Of a DNA stretch of 57,146 nucleotides, positions 33,331 through 42,798 are shown one piece after another. Numbering within the stretch: position 1 is the stretch's first letter; every line of letters starts with the position of its first letter. Location: positions 1 through 57,146 of the IMG/VR virus record IMGVR_UViG_3300045973_000302; one strand, 5' to 3'. Made by a program: the position numbers and the translations under genes. This stretch comes from a virus. The notes beneath the pieces were generated by a model, which saw only the letters and a list, made by a program, of their open reading frames with translations, was not told the DNA's origin and ran no database searches.

Positions 33331-34269
33331 ATGGAATTGATTGGTACCTCTTCTCTCCTTGTGGAGAAATATCGGCCCAAAACTATCAATGATCTTATTC
33401 TCCCAGCAAAGTTTAGGAAATTATTCCTACAATTTGTGGCAGACAAAGATATCCCCAACTTACTATTTACCTCTACTGCTGGTAGGGGTAAGACTTCTAC
33501 TGCATATGCCCTATGCAATGATATCGGCTCTGATGTTCTGTATATCAATGGATCATCTGACACCGATATCAACACTGTTCGTTACAAGGTAACTCAGTTT
33601 GCCTCTACCAGCTCCTTCAGTGACGGTAAGAAGGTCTGTATCATAGATGAAGGTGAAAGGATCAGCCCCAATGGGCAAGATGCCTTGAAAGCCCTCATAG
33701 AGACTACAGAGGCTAATTGTCGTTTCATCATCACCACCAACAATCTGGCTAAGATCATCGATCCTATCCAATCACGTTGCCAACTGATGAACTTTAACTT
33801 TTCCCAAGAAGAAACCAAACCATTGATTGTTGCATACTTCAAAAGACTATGCTACATTCTGGATAATGAAAAGATAAAGTACGACAAATCAGTGCTTGCT
33901 GAGTTCACCCAGAAGATGTACCCTGACTTCCGTAGGACACTCAACGAGCTGCAGAAGTTCACCAAGATGTACGGTGAAGTCTCTGCTTCGATCCTTCAAA
34001 GCCTTGACGGTGAACAATTCAATTCCTTGATTGAGGAAATGAAAAACAATAAGTTCAACAACGTCAGGAAGATTGCTGCTAATATTGATGCTACGGGGTT
34101 TTACCAAACATTTTATTCAAGTATTGATGATGTATTAGAAGATAAATGTAAACCTGACATAATTTGTCTTCTTGGAAGATATGCATACGAAACGTCATTA
34201 ACTGTATGTCATGAAGTTACTTTAGTGGCTTGTTTGGTTGATATAATGAAATCAGCTAGTTGGAAATGA
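33331..34269 (+). CDS. 44: clamp loader AAA+ subunit (T4 gp44-like)
   Basis: VEKYRPKTINDLILP, TAGRGKTSTA, VCIIDEGER, RFIITTNNLAKIIDPIQSRC. Confidence 0.92.
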   Translation: MELIGTSSLLVEKYRPKTINDLILPAKFRKLFLQFVADKDIPNLLFTSTAGRGKTSTAYALCNDIGSDVLYINGSSDTDINTVRYKVTQFASTSSFSDGKKVCIIDEGERISPNGQDALKALIETTEANCRFIITTNNLAKIIDPIQSRCQLMNFNFSQEETKPLIVAYFKRLCYILDNEKIKYDKSVLAEFTQKMYPDFRRTLNELQKFTKMYGEVSASILQSLDGEQFNSLIEEMKNNKFNNVRKIAANIDATGFYQTFYSSIDDVLEDKCKPDIICLLGRYAYETSLTVCHEVTLVACLVDIMKSASWK

Positions 34270-34984
34270 TTTCAATCTTCCAACCATTTGTGTTTTTGAT
34301 TCTAGTCAATGATGATTTTTTGTTTAATTTATTAGGGGGTACTAAGTATATCTCACTACCTCCAATATGTTTTAACAAATTATTGAAAGATAACAAGTGA
34401 GTATTTGTAAATTCTTTAAGTGATTTATGCCCCTTTATAAAAAATATCACTTGATCAGGGGATGTTAATTTATAGTTGTTAGTTCTACTATCAAGATAAC
34501 ATTGAGATCTTTTAACTCCTTGTTTTGATGCTCTGATTCGATCTTTAGTTTCTTGGGTTCTCTGTTTACCTTTGAGAATTATAGATTGACGCTGACAATG
34601 CTCTTTGGAATAGGTAGCACCTTTTCTATTACCACAGTTCAAGTTACCAGCTTTTAACTGTGCGAATGTTGCCTGTCTAATCTTTTCTTTAGTTGCTTGG
34701 GTAAACTTGACTTTATTACCACCCCCAAGTTTAAGGTTGTAAACATCTGAACGTGTAAGAAATGTTTCATTGACTATCATTGATTCATACTCTAAAGAAT
34801 GATTTTCAGATAAACAATAATGTAAAATTTGTCTTTTGAAATTATGGGTTCCATACTTTTTGATTGCTCTTTTTAAGAGAAATCCAGACCCCAAATAACC
34901 ATCATCAAGGTTGTAAGTAGAATGAACACCGACATACATTTTACAATTGACAAGGTTTGTTGTTAGATATACGATGTGGTACAT
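34256..34984 (-). CDS. GIY-YIG-type homing endonuclease (Seg/Mob-like), antisense between the gp44- and gp62-like genes
   Basis: MYHIVYLTTNLVNCKMYVGVHSTYNLDDGYLGSG..YNLKLGGGNK. Confidence 0.8.
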   Translation of the reverse strand: MYHIVYLTTNLVNCKMYVGVHSTYNLDDGYLGSGFLLKRAIKKYGTHNFKRQILHYCLSENHSLEYESMIVNETFLTRSDVYNLKLGGGNKVKFTQATKEKIRQATFAQLKAGNLNCGNRKGATYSKEHCQRQSIILKGKQRTQETKDRIRASKQGVKRSQCYLDSRTNNYKLTSPDQVIFFIKGHKSLKEFTNTHLLSFNNLLKHIGGSEIYLVPPNKLNKKSSLTRIKNTNGWKIEIISN

Positions 34985-35111
34985 GGTTGATATTCTCCCT
35001 AAATAGTGAGTGAGAAGGACAGCAGTATAAATCTCCCTACTGTTTCTGGTCTACTGCGAATAGCCAGATTACTTCTTCATATCTATTTAGTAAAATAAAA
35101 TGAGGTAATAA

Positions 35112-35498
35112 ATGGAAGTAAAGTCATTCTTTGATATCGTGAGTATCATTCTGGAAAAGAAACCTATCCCTTCTAATGAAGTGATCCAGAAGCATTGCAA
35201 CACTTTTATGATATCACAAATGCTCTCATGTGACATTCAATTCACTGGGATTGCCCATGAAATGGCAAAGTTAAAGATATCCAATAAGATGTACTTTGAT
35301 TGCCTGTACTATGGTATACCCAAGTGCAAGAAGTATATCAAGTGGAATGCTACCAAGGCTAAGAAAGAACAGAACATTCAGTACCTTATGGATTACTTTG
35401 GTTGCTCCCAGTTGACAGCCAAGGCATATGAACAATTGATCGATGCCAAAGAACTTAACGATATCAGGGAGTTCTTTGAAAATAGGGGTAAAGCATGA
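35112..35498 (+). CDS. 62: clamp loader small subunit (T4 gp62-like)
   Basis: synteny; KKYIKWNATKAKKEQNIQYLMDYFGCSQLTAKAYEQL. Confidence 0.7.
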   Translation: MEVKSFFDIVSIILEKKPIPSNEVIQKHCNTFMISQMLSCDIQFTGIAHEMAKLKISNKMYFDCLYYGIPKCKKYIKWNATKAKKEQNIQYLMDYFGCSQLTAKAYEQLIDAKELNDIREFFENRGKA

Positions 35499-35821
35499 AT
35501 TGGTGGGAATCTCCAAAAGTCGATATAATCTTTGCAGTTGGTGTAAGTTTTCTTGGGACTGCTGCAGATGGTCAAGTGAATGGGTGGATGCTTGAGGGTC
35601 TTTTTGAAACTGAAGAAGAGGCTGTCAAACATTGTGTTAATGATATGCATTTTGTTTGCCCTGTTCCAATTGGGATTATGATAGGGAAAGATCTTCCTGA
35701 TGGAATTTATTGGCCTTTATGTCAAACCAAAGAACAAGGGCAAGAAACATTAGATAAGTATAGAAAGAATAAATCACAACAGGATGGGTGCCAAGAGGGT
35801 CTGCTAGTTGGAGCGGAGTAG
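35495..35821 (+). CDS. hypothetical protein
   Basis: ORF overlapping upstream stop. Confidence 0.5.
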   Translation: MNWWESPKVDIIFAVGVSFLGTAADGQVNGWMLEGLFETEEEAVKHCVNDMHFVCPVPIGIMIGKDLPDGIYWPLCQTKEQGQETLDKYRKNKSQQDGCQEGLLVGAE

Positions 35822-35887
35822 GGACAGGACGCTGTTCACGAAAACGGACTAAGCGGTATGGAGTGCAAATCTCTAATACACCCGCCA
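35787..35887 (+). other. tRNA-like element, irregular
   Basis: GGGTG..CACCC G CCA, T-arm TGGAG-TGCAAAT-CTCTA, hairpin CTGTT/AACGG; lies between an ORF stop and a homing-endonuclease ORF. Confidence 0.4.
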
Positions 35888-35893
35888 AATTTT

Positions 35894-35941
35894 TATAAAT
35901 AAGTATACCATAAAGAATCACCAAAAAGAGGTATATTTATG
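35894..35941 (+). promoter_or_regulatory. TATAAATA late-promoter-like sequence inside a hairpin sequestering SD and start codon of the next ORF
   Basis: ATAAA[TAAG]TATACC ... GGTATATTTAT(G). Confidence 0.65.
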
Positions 35942-36616
35942 AATTACATGAGAATATACAATAACATCATTGAAAAAAGAAAAAATATCTTAATTGAAGG
36001 GTATACTGAGAAACATCATGTTATCCCTAGATGTATGGGTGGAACTGATGATATTGACAATTTAGTACACCTTTCAGCTAGAGAACATTTTCTAGCCCAC
36101 ATATTACTTACAAAAATATATATTGGTAATGCTAAGTTAATATATGCGGCTAATATGATGATGCATTGTAATCAAAAAAAGCATGGTAGTAGATATTATG
36201 AGTGGTTAAAAAAGAAATGGATATTAGAGATTGATCACTCACATTCAGATGAAACTAAACAAAAAATTTCAAAAGCTAACAAAGGTAGAGTTCAATCAGA
36301 TGAACATCGTAAAAAAAATTCTGATGCAAATAAAGGTGCAAACAATGCTATGTATGGTAAGACACATACAAAAGAAGCTAGGGATAAAATCATTGCTGCA
36401 AATTTAGGCAAAGTTCGCACCGAAGAAAGCAAACAAAAACAATCAGAATCAACAAAAGGAAAAATTGTTAGGGATGAAAAGTACAGAGAAAAAATGTCAG
36501 AAGTAAAAAAAGGTAAAAAAAGAAAACCATTCACAGAAGAGCATAAAGCTAAGTTAAGAGCAATATTAAAACAAAGTAATGAAAGGAAAAGGAAAGCAGC
36601 CAATGAAAATGAATAG
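35939..36616 (+). CDS. HNH homing endonuclease with NUMOD3-like repeats
   Basis: EKHHVIPRCMGGTDDIDNLVHLSAREHFLAH; repeated SDETKQKISKANKGR/TKEARDKIIAANLGK/TEEHKAKLRA. Confidence 0.85.
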   Translation: MNYMRIYNNIIEKRKNILIEGYTEKHHVIPRCMGGTDDIDNLVHLSAREHFLAHILLTKIYIGNAKLIYAANMMMHCNQKKHGSRYYEWLKKKWILEIDHSHSDETKQKISKANKGRVQSDEHRKKNSDANKGANNAMYGKTHTKEARDKIIAANLGKVRTEESKQKQSESTKGKIVRDEKYREKMSEVKKGKKRKPFTEEHKAKLRAILKQSNERKRKAANENE

Positions 36617-37013
36617 TGAAATTTATGTGAGTAATGTATTACGGTCTGAATCCCCTATCACTCCAGAAATGATTGAGCGGATAAGTGACCCAAAAATGAT
36701 CCGATTACTACATGGTGCAATTGGGTTATCAACTGAAACTGGGGAACTGTTAGATGCTATCAAAAAGCATATCTACTATGGTAAACCTCTTGATTTAGTT
36801 AATATATCAGAAGAAAGCGGAGATATCTGTTGGTACATTGGACTTATAATTGATGTTCTTCAAACAACTCTTGACGATGTTATGACCGTCAACATCGACA
36901 AGCTCAAGGCACGTTACCCAGAGAAGTTCACAGAATTCCATGCTGAGAATCGGGATCTTGAAACTGAACGTAAGATCCTTGAGGGTGATGATCTTCTTGG
37001 TGAAGACCAATGA
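36579..37013 (+). CDS. MazG-like nucleotide pyrophosphohydrolase (true start possibly 36603 or 36609)
   Basis: GLSTETGELLDAIKKHIYYGKPLD..NISEESGDICWYIG. Confidence 0.8.
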   Translation: MKGKGKQPMKMNSEIYVSNVLRSESPITPEMIERISDPKMIRLLHGAIGLSTETGELLDAIKKHIYYGKPLDLVNISEESGDICWYIGLIIDVLQTTLDDVMTVNIDKLKARYPEKFTEFHAENRDLETERKILEGDDLLGEDQ

Positions 37014-37300
37014 CAGATCACATTCTTAAAACAGATCCAGCAGTTTTTCAAGCAGTAGTATCAGGGGAAAAGACTTGGGAAATCCGATACAATGATCGTG
37101 ATTACCAAGTTGGGGATATCTTACACCTCAAAGAAACCGCATATACAGGGGCAGAAATGAATGCAGGTAAGCCCTTGATCTATACTGGGAATTCCTTGAT
37201 TGTAGATGTCATTTACATTTTTAAAGGCCCATTGTATGGACTTGCTGATAAATGGGTAATCATGACAGTTGTACCGATTGATAAAGAGGGAACAGAATGA
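37010..37300 (+). CDS. DUF3850/ASCH-like protein
   Basis: VFQAVVSGEKTWEIRYNDRDYQVGDILHLKE. Confidence 0.75.
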   Translation: MTDHILKTDPAVFQAVVSGEKTWEIRYNDRDYQVGDILHLKETAYTGAEMNAGKPLIYTGNSLIVDVIYIFKGPLYGLADKWVIMTVVPIDKEGTE

Positions 37301-37560
37301 CAGAACTTCAACTTCATGTAATTGGTACATTAAATGACCAAACTGTTTTTGCTATGGTTGATAAGGAAACAGGGGAAATCCGTTCTATATCAATCTATAA
37401 AGGTAAAACCAGAGTCAAAGATTGCCATTTTGATAGGTTAGAACTTAAAGAAAAAATCATCCAAAATCTTCTCAAAGAAAGAGAAGCTTATGGTGATATG
37501 GCATTCATGGATGATATCATAAACCACAGAGAGGAACAAAAATGCGAGGATCAACCGTAA
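37297..37560 (+). CDS. hypothetical protein
   Basis: tiled ORF. Confidence 0.55.
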   Translation: MTELQLHVIGTLNDQTVFAMVDKETGEIRSISIYKGKTRVKDCHFDRLELKEKIIQNLLKEREAYGDMAFMDDIINHREEQKCEDQP

Positions 37561-37739
37561 AGAAGCTAAAGAAGTTTGCCAAGATTTTGATTGCCAATGA
37601 CCCTGACAAACAAAAGATGCACAACAAAGGGGAATTGGCAGTTCATACCCTAACCAATGAGTTGAAGATTCGTTGGCGCAAGGGTGGAAAGAAAATGCAT
37701 AAGTTCGTACATCTGGCAATTGCTGGCAATTTTGAATAA
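37542..37739 (+). CDS. hypothetical basic protein
   Basis: tiled ORF. Confidence 0.5.
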   Translation: MRGSTVKKLKKFAKILIANDPDKQKMHNKGELAVHTLTNELKIRWRKGGKKMHKFVHLAIAGNFE

Positions 37740-37857
37740 AGTATTACTCTGAAGCAACTAGGGGATAGCGAATCGGTTGCCTACAGTCAGATCATGACTC
37801 TGTATGGGGTGTGCTATCTAATACTTTTTGAAGGGAATCATAGAATATGATTCCCTT
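37738..37857 (+). ncRNA. small structured RNA ending in a terminator hairpin
   Basis: AAAGTATTA(37738)/TAATACTTT(37819); GATAGC/GCTATC; inner AGTCA/TGACT; then GAAGGGAATCAT-AGAAT-ATGATTCCCTTC. Confidence 0.6.
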
Positions 37858-37866
37858 CAATTTAAA

Positions 37867-37894
37867 TTGACATCTTGGGATTAAAGGTTATAAT
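37867..37894 (+). promoter_or_regulatory. sigma70-like promoter
   Basis: TTTAAATTGACA-N16-TATAAT. Confidence 0.75.
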
Positions 37895-37900
37895 TGAAAC

Positions 37901-38257
37901 ATGAAGAGATTTTCGGAATATAGATCAGATCTTATTTTGGAGTTTGCCAACATTGGCCCAGCTACTCATAGGCTAGGGGTAAATTTCAAAATGCATATCA
38001 TGCAAATAGGTGATGTATCTAAATTACCTCATGGGCCTAGAGTTAAGTTTTTCAACAATGAGCATGAGTTTGTAGTTACTCTTGAGGAAGAACCAAGGAT
38101 TATAGGTAAATGCCCTCTTTCGATTGGGGATGCTGAAAAACTCAGGGTATCAGTAAAGCATTACAGGTCTGCTTTTTTACAATTCTGGCATGATCCCAAG
38201 ATGGATCAGGATGAACTTAGACTTGCAATGGACAACTTAGATAAACAGAGGATATAA
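37901..38257 (+). CDS. hypothetical protein
   Basis: promoter upstream. Confidence 0.6.
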   Translation: MKRFSEYRSDLILEFANIGPATHRLGVNFKMHIMQIGDVSKLPHGPRVKFFNNEHEFVVTLEEEPRIIGKCPLSIGDAEKLRVSVKHYRSAFLQFWHDPKMDQDELRLAMDNLDKQRI

Positions 38258-38260
38258 TAA

Positions 38261-38461
38261 ATGACCCAGGATGAATTTATAACCGATATCAGAGGTGCTC
38301 AATTAAGTTTCAATAATTTGTTAATGAGAGCATATCAATTCAATATAAAAGTTGAGTTAGCTCTCAATAATCCAAATTGTGTTGATAATGATCAGAGACA
38401 AGTCGTAGGGATTGAATTATACCACAATAAACCACTATACAAAAATGATGGTATCCCATAA
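38261..38461 (+). CDS. hypothetical protein
   Basis: tiled ORF. Confidence 0.5.
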   Translation: MTQDEFITDIRGAQLSFNNLLMRAYQFNIKVELALNNPNCVDNDQRQVVGIELYHNKPLYKNDGIP

Positions 38462-38694
38462 TGAGAGGGCTACTAATCTGTCTTGCCGCACTAAGCTTCT
38501 GGATCAGTAAGGAAGAAGAGAGAGTTGTTGGTAGGCACTTCAACACTGAGAAGACATATTTCAAACGTGCCTCTGATGGCAAGATCATCAGGTACACATT
38601 CTGCACCAGCACAAGGGTAGCTCCCCCAGGTTGGAAAGATTGGGTGTACCTTGGTGATGGTAAAGTATATAAGGTAGGTAAGACATTACAATGA
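38461..38694 (+). CDS. hypothetical protein
   Basis: tiled ORF. Confidence 0.5.
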   Translation: MRGLLICLAALSFWISKEEERVVGRHFNTEKTYFKRASDGKIIRYTFCTSTRVAPPGWKDWVYLGDGKVYKVGKTLQ

Positions 38695-39485
38695 ACCTAG
38701 TCCAATATGATAACTTTAATCTTTACATAAACGAAGTTAACAAGATTCCTTTTCTAACCCCAGAAGAGGAATTTCAATATGCGGTTGATTACTTCGAAAA
38801 TAAAAACTATGACTCAGCCAAGAAGATAGTTCAATCAAATTTAAAATTTGTAGTTAAGGTAGCCCAAGGATATACTGGGTATGATATGCCTACATTGGAT
38901 TTAATCCAAGAAGGTAATATCGGACTATTAACTGCCGTAAGAAAGTTCGATCCATACCGCAATACGGGATTCAGAACGTATGCTGCATGGTGGATTGAAA
39001 GTTATATCAAGAAGTATGTTATGGATAACTGGTCTATGTTTAAGATGAGTACTGATGATAAAGCTAGAAAATACTTCTTCAACACTAACAAAAAATTAGA
39101 ATCTATCCAAGATGCTACCTTCATCAAAGAAGTGAAAACTAGGATGAAGCAAGAACTTTCACTTCATACCGAAGACGAGTTTGGGGAAGAGATAATTAAT
39201 CACCTCAAATGTGATTTACCTAACCCAGAAGCTTTAATGATTGAATACCAAAATCAAAGTAACATCAAAGATGCTGTTCAAGTTGCCATAAGTAAGTTGA
39301 ATGAACGTGATCAGTATATCATTGAGCATAGGATAATGGATAATACAAAAGAAAGAAAAGAAGTTGCCACTGAACTAGGGATCAGTACTGAACGTGTAAG
39401 ACAACTTGAAGAAAGAATTATGAGAAGACTGAGAAATGAACTTACAGAATGCAACCTCAATGTAGGAGAATGCAATAATGGATAA
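38691..39485 (+). CDS. RpoH (sigma-32)-like sigma factor
   Basis: LTPEEEFQYAVDYF..NLKFVVKVAQGYTGYDMPTLDLIQEGNIGLLTAVRKFDPYRNTGFRTYAAWWIESYIKKYVMDNW..ATELGISTERVRQLEERIMRRLRNEL. Confidence 0.9.
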   Translation: MNLVQYDNFNLYINEVNKIPFLTPEEEFQYAVDYFENKNYDSAKKIVQSNLKFVVKVAQGYTGYDMPTLDLIQEGNIGLLTAVRKFDPYRNTGFRTYAAWWIESYIKKYVMDNWSMFKMSTDDKARKYFFNTNKKLESIQDATFIKEVKTRMKQELSLHTEDEFGEEIINHLKCDLPNPEALMIEYQNQSNIKDAVQVAISKLNERDQYIIEHRIMDNTKERKEVATELGISTERVRQLEERIMRRLRNELTECNLNVGECNNG

Positions 39486-39933
39486 TGTTACCCCAGAACC
39501 ATTAAGTAATAAAAGAGCGGGAATGGCTTCAAAAAACATGATTGCGAATTACTGGAGTGAAGTTTTAATTGAAATGGGGATTGAATATGAATGGGTTGAT
39601 AAAAATAGTTGCTTTGTTTGTGGGGCTACTGGTAGATTAGAAAGAGCACATATCCATCCTGTATGTAAAGGTGGGAGCAATGATGTTGAAAATTTACACA
39701 TATTATGCCCTACCTGCCATAATGAAAGTGAAATGTTAACTGGTGATGTATACTGGAGATGGTACAAACATAAAAGATCAACAGATTTCAAATCCCCTAT
39801 GATGAGATATTTTAACAAAATAGAATATCTTTTCCCTGACCTAAAAGTATTGAATGAAGAATATGAAAAACTACCAACCTTTGAAGAAAGAGATAAGTTC
39901 GTTAAGGAATTGGTATCTAACAGATTTATATAA
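39478..39933 (+). CDS. HNH endonuclease
   Basis: CFVCGATGRLERAHIHPVCKGGSNDVENLHILCPTCHNES. Confidence 0.88.
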   Translation: MDNVTPEPLSNKRAGMASKNMIANYWSEVLIEMGIEYEWVDKNSCFVCGATGRLERAHIHPVCKGGSNDVENLHILCPTCHNESEMLTGDVYWRWYKHKRSTDFKSPMMRYFNKIEYLFPDLKVLNEEYEKLPTFEERDKFVKELVSNRFI

Positions 39934-39951
39934 GAAAAGGAGAACAAACTA

Positions 39952-40623
39952 ATGGAAGTTAATCTACTACACTATACCCCTATGGAAATTCTTGTTAGTG
40001 CTATCAGGAAATGTTATGACTCAGGGCTGAAGTCGGATTCTGGGTATATTAGAAGTGAGCATGACGAAGATCAATGGGTATATGAATTAGGGCAAAAGGA
40101 CAAAGGACTGATTGAAAGTGTGATCAAGAATGGGCATACAAGCACCCTAGAACACGTTACATTCAACTTTGATCTCTCAGGGTATAGCAGAGCATTACTT
40201 CAAGAGAAAAGTCGCCACAGGATGGCATCAGTCTCTGAGAAGTCTACTAGGTATTGCCTAGGCAAAATGAAAACTGAGAAATCCTTTTTTATTGCTCCTG
40301 GGGTGATAGATCATGACCTTGCTAAAAAATATGTGGTCTATACTGGAATTGATCAAGTTGACGATGCCTCTGTATATGCATTGGAAGCCTTGAGACTTTG
40401 TATTGTTGCTGGGGTTCCCAATGACAAGGCTAAGTTCTGTTTGCCTGATAGTTTAATGTCGGAATGTATTTTCTCTATCAATGCTAGGAGTCTAAGAAAC
40501 TGGTTCGAATTGAGAACTGGGCCTAGGGCATTATGGGAAATTAGGGATCTTGCATTCGCAATGTATGATGCAATCCCAGTTGACTATCAATTCATCTTTT
40601 CCGATTGTATATCCCCAAAATAA
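39952..40623 (+). CDS. thyX: flavin-dependent thymidylate synthase
   Basis: RHRMASVSEKSTRY (RHRxxSxxxxSxR), HTSTLEH. Confidence 0.92.
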   Translation: MEVNLLHYTPMEILVSAIRKCYDSGLKSDSGYIRSEHDEDQWVYELGQKDKGLIESVIKNGHTSTLEHVTFNFDLSGYSRALLQEKSRHRMASVSEKSTRYCLGKMKTEKSFFIAPGVIDHDLAKKYVVYTGIDQVDDASVYALEALRLCIVAGVPNDKAKFCLPDSLMSECIFSINARSLRNWFELRTGPRALWEIRDLAFAMYDAIPVDYQFIFSDCISPK

Positions 40624-40627
40624 TTTT

Positions 40628-40640
40628 CATAAATACTATT
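40628..40640 (+). promoter_or_regulatory. T4-late-promoter-like motif
   Basis: CATAAATACTATT upstream of 40692 ORF. Confidence 0.55.
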
Positions 40641-40691
40641 AAATGATTAGTATTAAAATGTGAATATTAATATAAAGGAGATCTACAAGAT

Positions 40692-41342
40692 ATGGCAAAG
40701 AAACTATTGAAAGACCTGTTGGAAGAAATCAACGAAGCAGCCCCAGGTGAACTAGATCCTATGGCTGACGGTGGTGGAAAAGCACCAGCTCCTACCAAAG
40801 CTCCTTCCCTTGATCTAGGGGATGATGACGATGAAGAAAAGGAAGAGAAGTTAACTGACCATGCCCCAGATGGTAAAGGTCACTATACTCCTGACGATCT
40901 TCGTGAAATCATCGACTATGTTAACGATCTCTTAGACAAAGAGAAAGACAAAAGTGATAGCGATGATGGGGATGATGAAGACAGTGACGATATAGGTGAG
41001 ATTGGATTAGACCTCATTTATGAGTACGCTGACCTTCTCCCAGAAACTGTCATTAACCAAATCGTTGACGATCTAAAAGACATGTTTGAGATTGAAGATA
41101 CCATGCTAGAATCCATTATCTCTGAGGGATCAGCATTCTTCACCAAAGCTTCTTCAAGCCCTGCTGCAGCGGCTGCTAGGAAGGTCATGAGATCTTCTTA
41201 CAAGAAGAACAAAGCCAAGATCAAGAAGCGTAATGGTAAGTGGCGTAACTCTGAGATTGGTAAAAAGATTGCTGCCCTTCACAAGAAAATTATGAAAGGC
41301 GTTGGCAAGCTTAAAGGCAAACGAGTGGTAGCAAAAGGATGA
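40692..41342 (+). CDS. acidic N-term/basic C-term protein, possible core/scaffold-type protein
   Basis: charge architecture; late-promoter-like CATAAATACTATT upstream. Confidence 0.4.
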   Translation: MAKKLLKDLLEEINEAAPGELDPMADGGGKAPAPTKAPSLDLGDDDDEEKEEKLTDHAPDGKGHYTPDDLREIIDYVNDLLDKEKDKSDSDDGDDEDSDDIGEIGLDLIYEYADLLPETVINQIVDDLKDMFEIEDTMLESIISEGSAFFTKASSSPAAAAARKVMRSSYKKNKAKIKKRNGKWRNSEIGKKIAALHKKIMKGVGKLKGKRVVAKG

Positions 41343-42022
41343 AGAAAATAATCGATCTACTCAACGAGTGTAAATGTTCTGGGGATGATAAGCCTTGCAA
41401 ATGTAAAAAAGGCTCAAAGTGTGATGGTAAGTGCTCCTGTAAAGTTGTTAAAGAAGCAGAAGATAAAAGTAATGGTAACTCAAGATTCTGCCCAAAGTGT
41501 GGAGAGATGAAAGGCAATGAAGATCGACTTTGCCCTGATTGTGAACTCAAACGAGTATCAGGTAAGAAAACTGTCAAAGAAGATCAAGACCTTGAAGAAG
41601 GTAAGTTTGACAATGACGATGATTATGGCGATTACAAACATGAGCTGAAGAAAGACAAAGAGCTTGAGCGTCAGAATGACGAGAAAATAGCCAAGAAAAG
41701 CAAAACTACCAAAGCTTGTGCTTGTGGCTGTAAAGATGGGATCGATGGGAAATGTGCTGAATGTGGCAAGACCCTCAAAGAATCTAAGTTTGCCAAGTAC
41801 CTTGAAGAATCCAACATTAATGAGAATATTGAGGTTGGTCTATTTCTAGGTGATAAGTTCAAAGACTTACAAGCAGAAGTTGTTAAAGAACTTAAGAAAG
41901 GGTTCCCATCATCAATCCCTAGAACAATTCTAATTGATAGAATTGCTCAAGCTGAAAAGGAAGGGAAAACTTCTCTTCAACAAAAACTTGAAAAATTATT
42001 GAATATGGCTCCTGGGAAGTAA
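41339..42022 (+). CDS. zinc-ribbon-rich protein with internal FAKYLEES motif
   Basis: CKCKKGSKCDGKCSCK..CPKCGEM..CPDCELK..CACGCKDGIDGKCAECG; SKFAKYLEESN. Confidence 0.5.
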   Translation: MKKIIDLLNECKCSGDDKPCKCKKGSKCDGKCSCKVVKEAEDKSNGNSRFCPKCGEMKGNEDRLCPDCELKRVSGKKTVKEDQDLEEGKFDNDDDYGDYKHELKKDKELERQNDEKIAKKSKTTKACACGCKDGIDGKCAECGKTLKESKFAKYLEESNINENIEVGLFLGDKFKDLQAEVVKELKKGFPSSIPRTILIDRIAQAEKEGKTSLQQKLEKLLNMAPGK

Positions 42023-42035
42023 CCTAATCAAAGGG

Positions 42036-42422
42036 CTAGTTGCTTCGTGTGACTAGCCCTTTGAAATACCTTACCCATTCCATTACCCATCCCTTATAAA
42101 TTCCTACTATTAACCACAAACACTGAATTTTAAAAATTATGGATTTCTCTGGGGGGTTCTCTTCACATTCTAAATAAAATCCCCAAGCTTTTGTAAATTC
42201 TACTGAGTCTCTGGTGGTTTCAACTATACGATACCAATTGACCATATCTCCATGATCAATCTGGTTCAATAAAGATTTTACCTCTTGAAGTACTGCATTA
42301 CGAGCTTTGTCCTCAGTTGGGAATACCTCGTCAACATAAAGATTCCCAGTATCAGCCAAACTAATCCCTTTCCATCCACCATCAACCTTCTCAATTACTG
42401 CATAGATATCAAATACTCTCAT
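42036..42422 (-). CDS. hypothetical protein
   Basis: antisense ORF with SD and promoter upstream. Confidence 0.5.
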   Translation of the reverse strand: MRVFDIYAVIEKVDGGWKGISLADTGNLYVDEVFPTEDKARNAVLQEVKSLLNQIDHGDMVNWYRIVETTRDSVEFTKAWGFYLECEENPPEKSIIFKIQCLWLIVGIYKGWVMEWVRYFKGLVTRSN

Positions 42423-42456
42423 TTATAAATCTCCTTCACATAAATACTATTGATAA

Positions 42457-42768
42457 TTGTATTATTGCCGTTATATGTATTTCTGTCAATTTAAAAGGGG
42501 AATTTTTATGAAGTCTAAAGAATCAAAATTTGAAAAATATCTAATGGAAGAAGCAAAGAAGAAACCCCTTGATGAAGGTGTTGTAGCTTCTGCCAGCCCT
42601 TACTATGATAAGTATGTTCAGTCCATGAAAGAAAAAGGATTGAAAGAAATGTCATTCAATGCTTGGGTAGATGAAATGGAAGACAAAACTGCCAAAGCTG
42701 GAATGCCTGACATTATGGCATATCTAAAATCAGGCAAACAAGAGCGTCCATTCCAAAGACAAAAATAG
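42457..42768 (+). CDS. hypothetical protein with capsid-targeting-like N-terminus; real start probably 42508 (MKSKESKFEKYLMEEAKKKP)
   Basis: N-terminal FEKYLMEEA motif. Confidence 0.55.
   Translation: MYYCRYMYFCQFKRGIFMKSKESKFEKYLMEEAKKKPLDEGVVASASPYYDKYVQSMKEKGLKEMSFNAWVDEMEDKTAKAGMPDIMAYLKSGKQERPFQRQK
42461..42489 (-). promoter_or_regulatory. sigma70-like promoter
   Basis: reverse complement TTTAAATTGACA-N17-AATAAT. Confidence 0.6.
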
Positions 42769-42798
42769 ATTGATCATGGGCTGGTTGTCACTTGGCAA

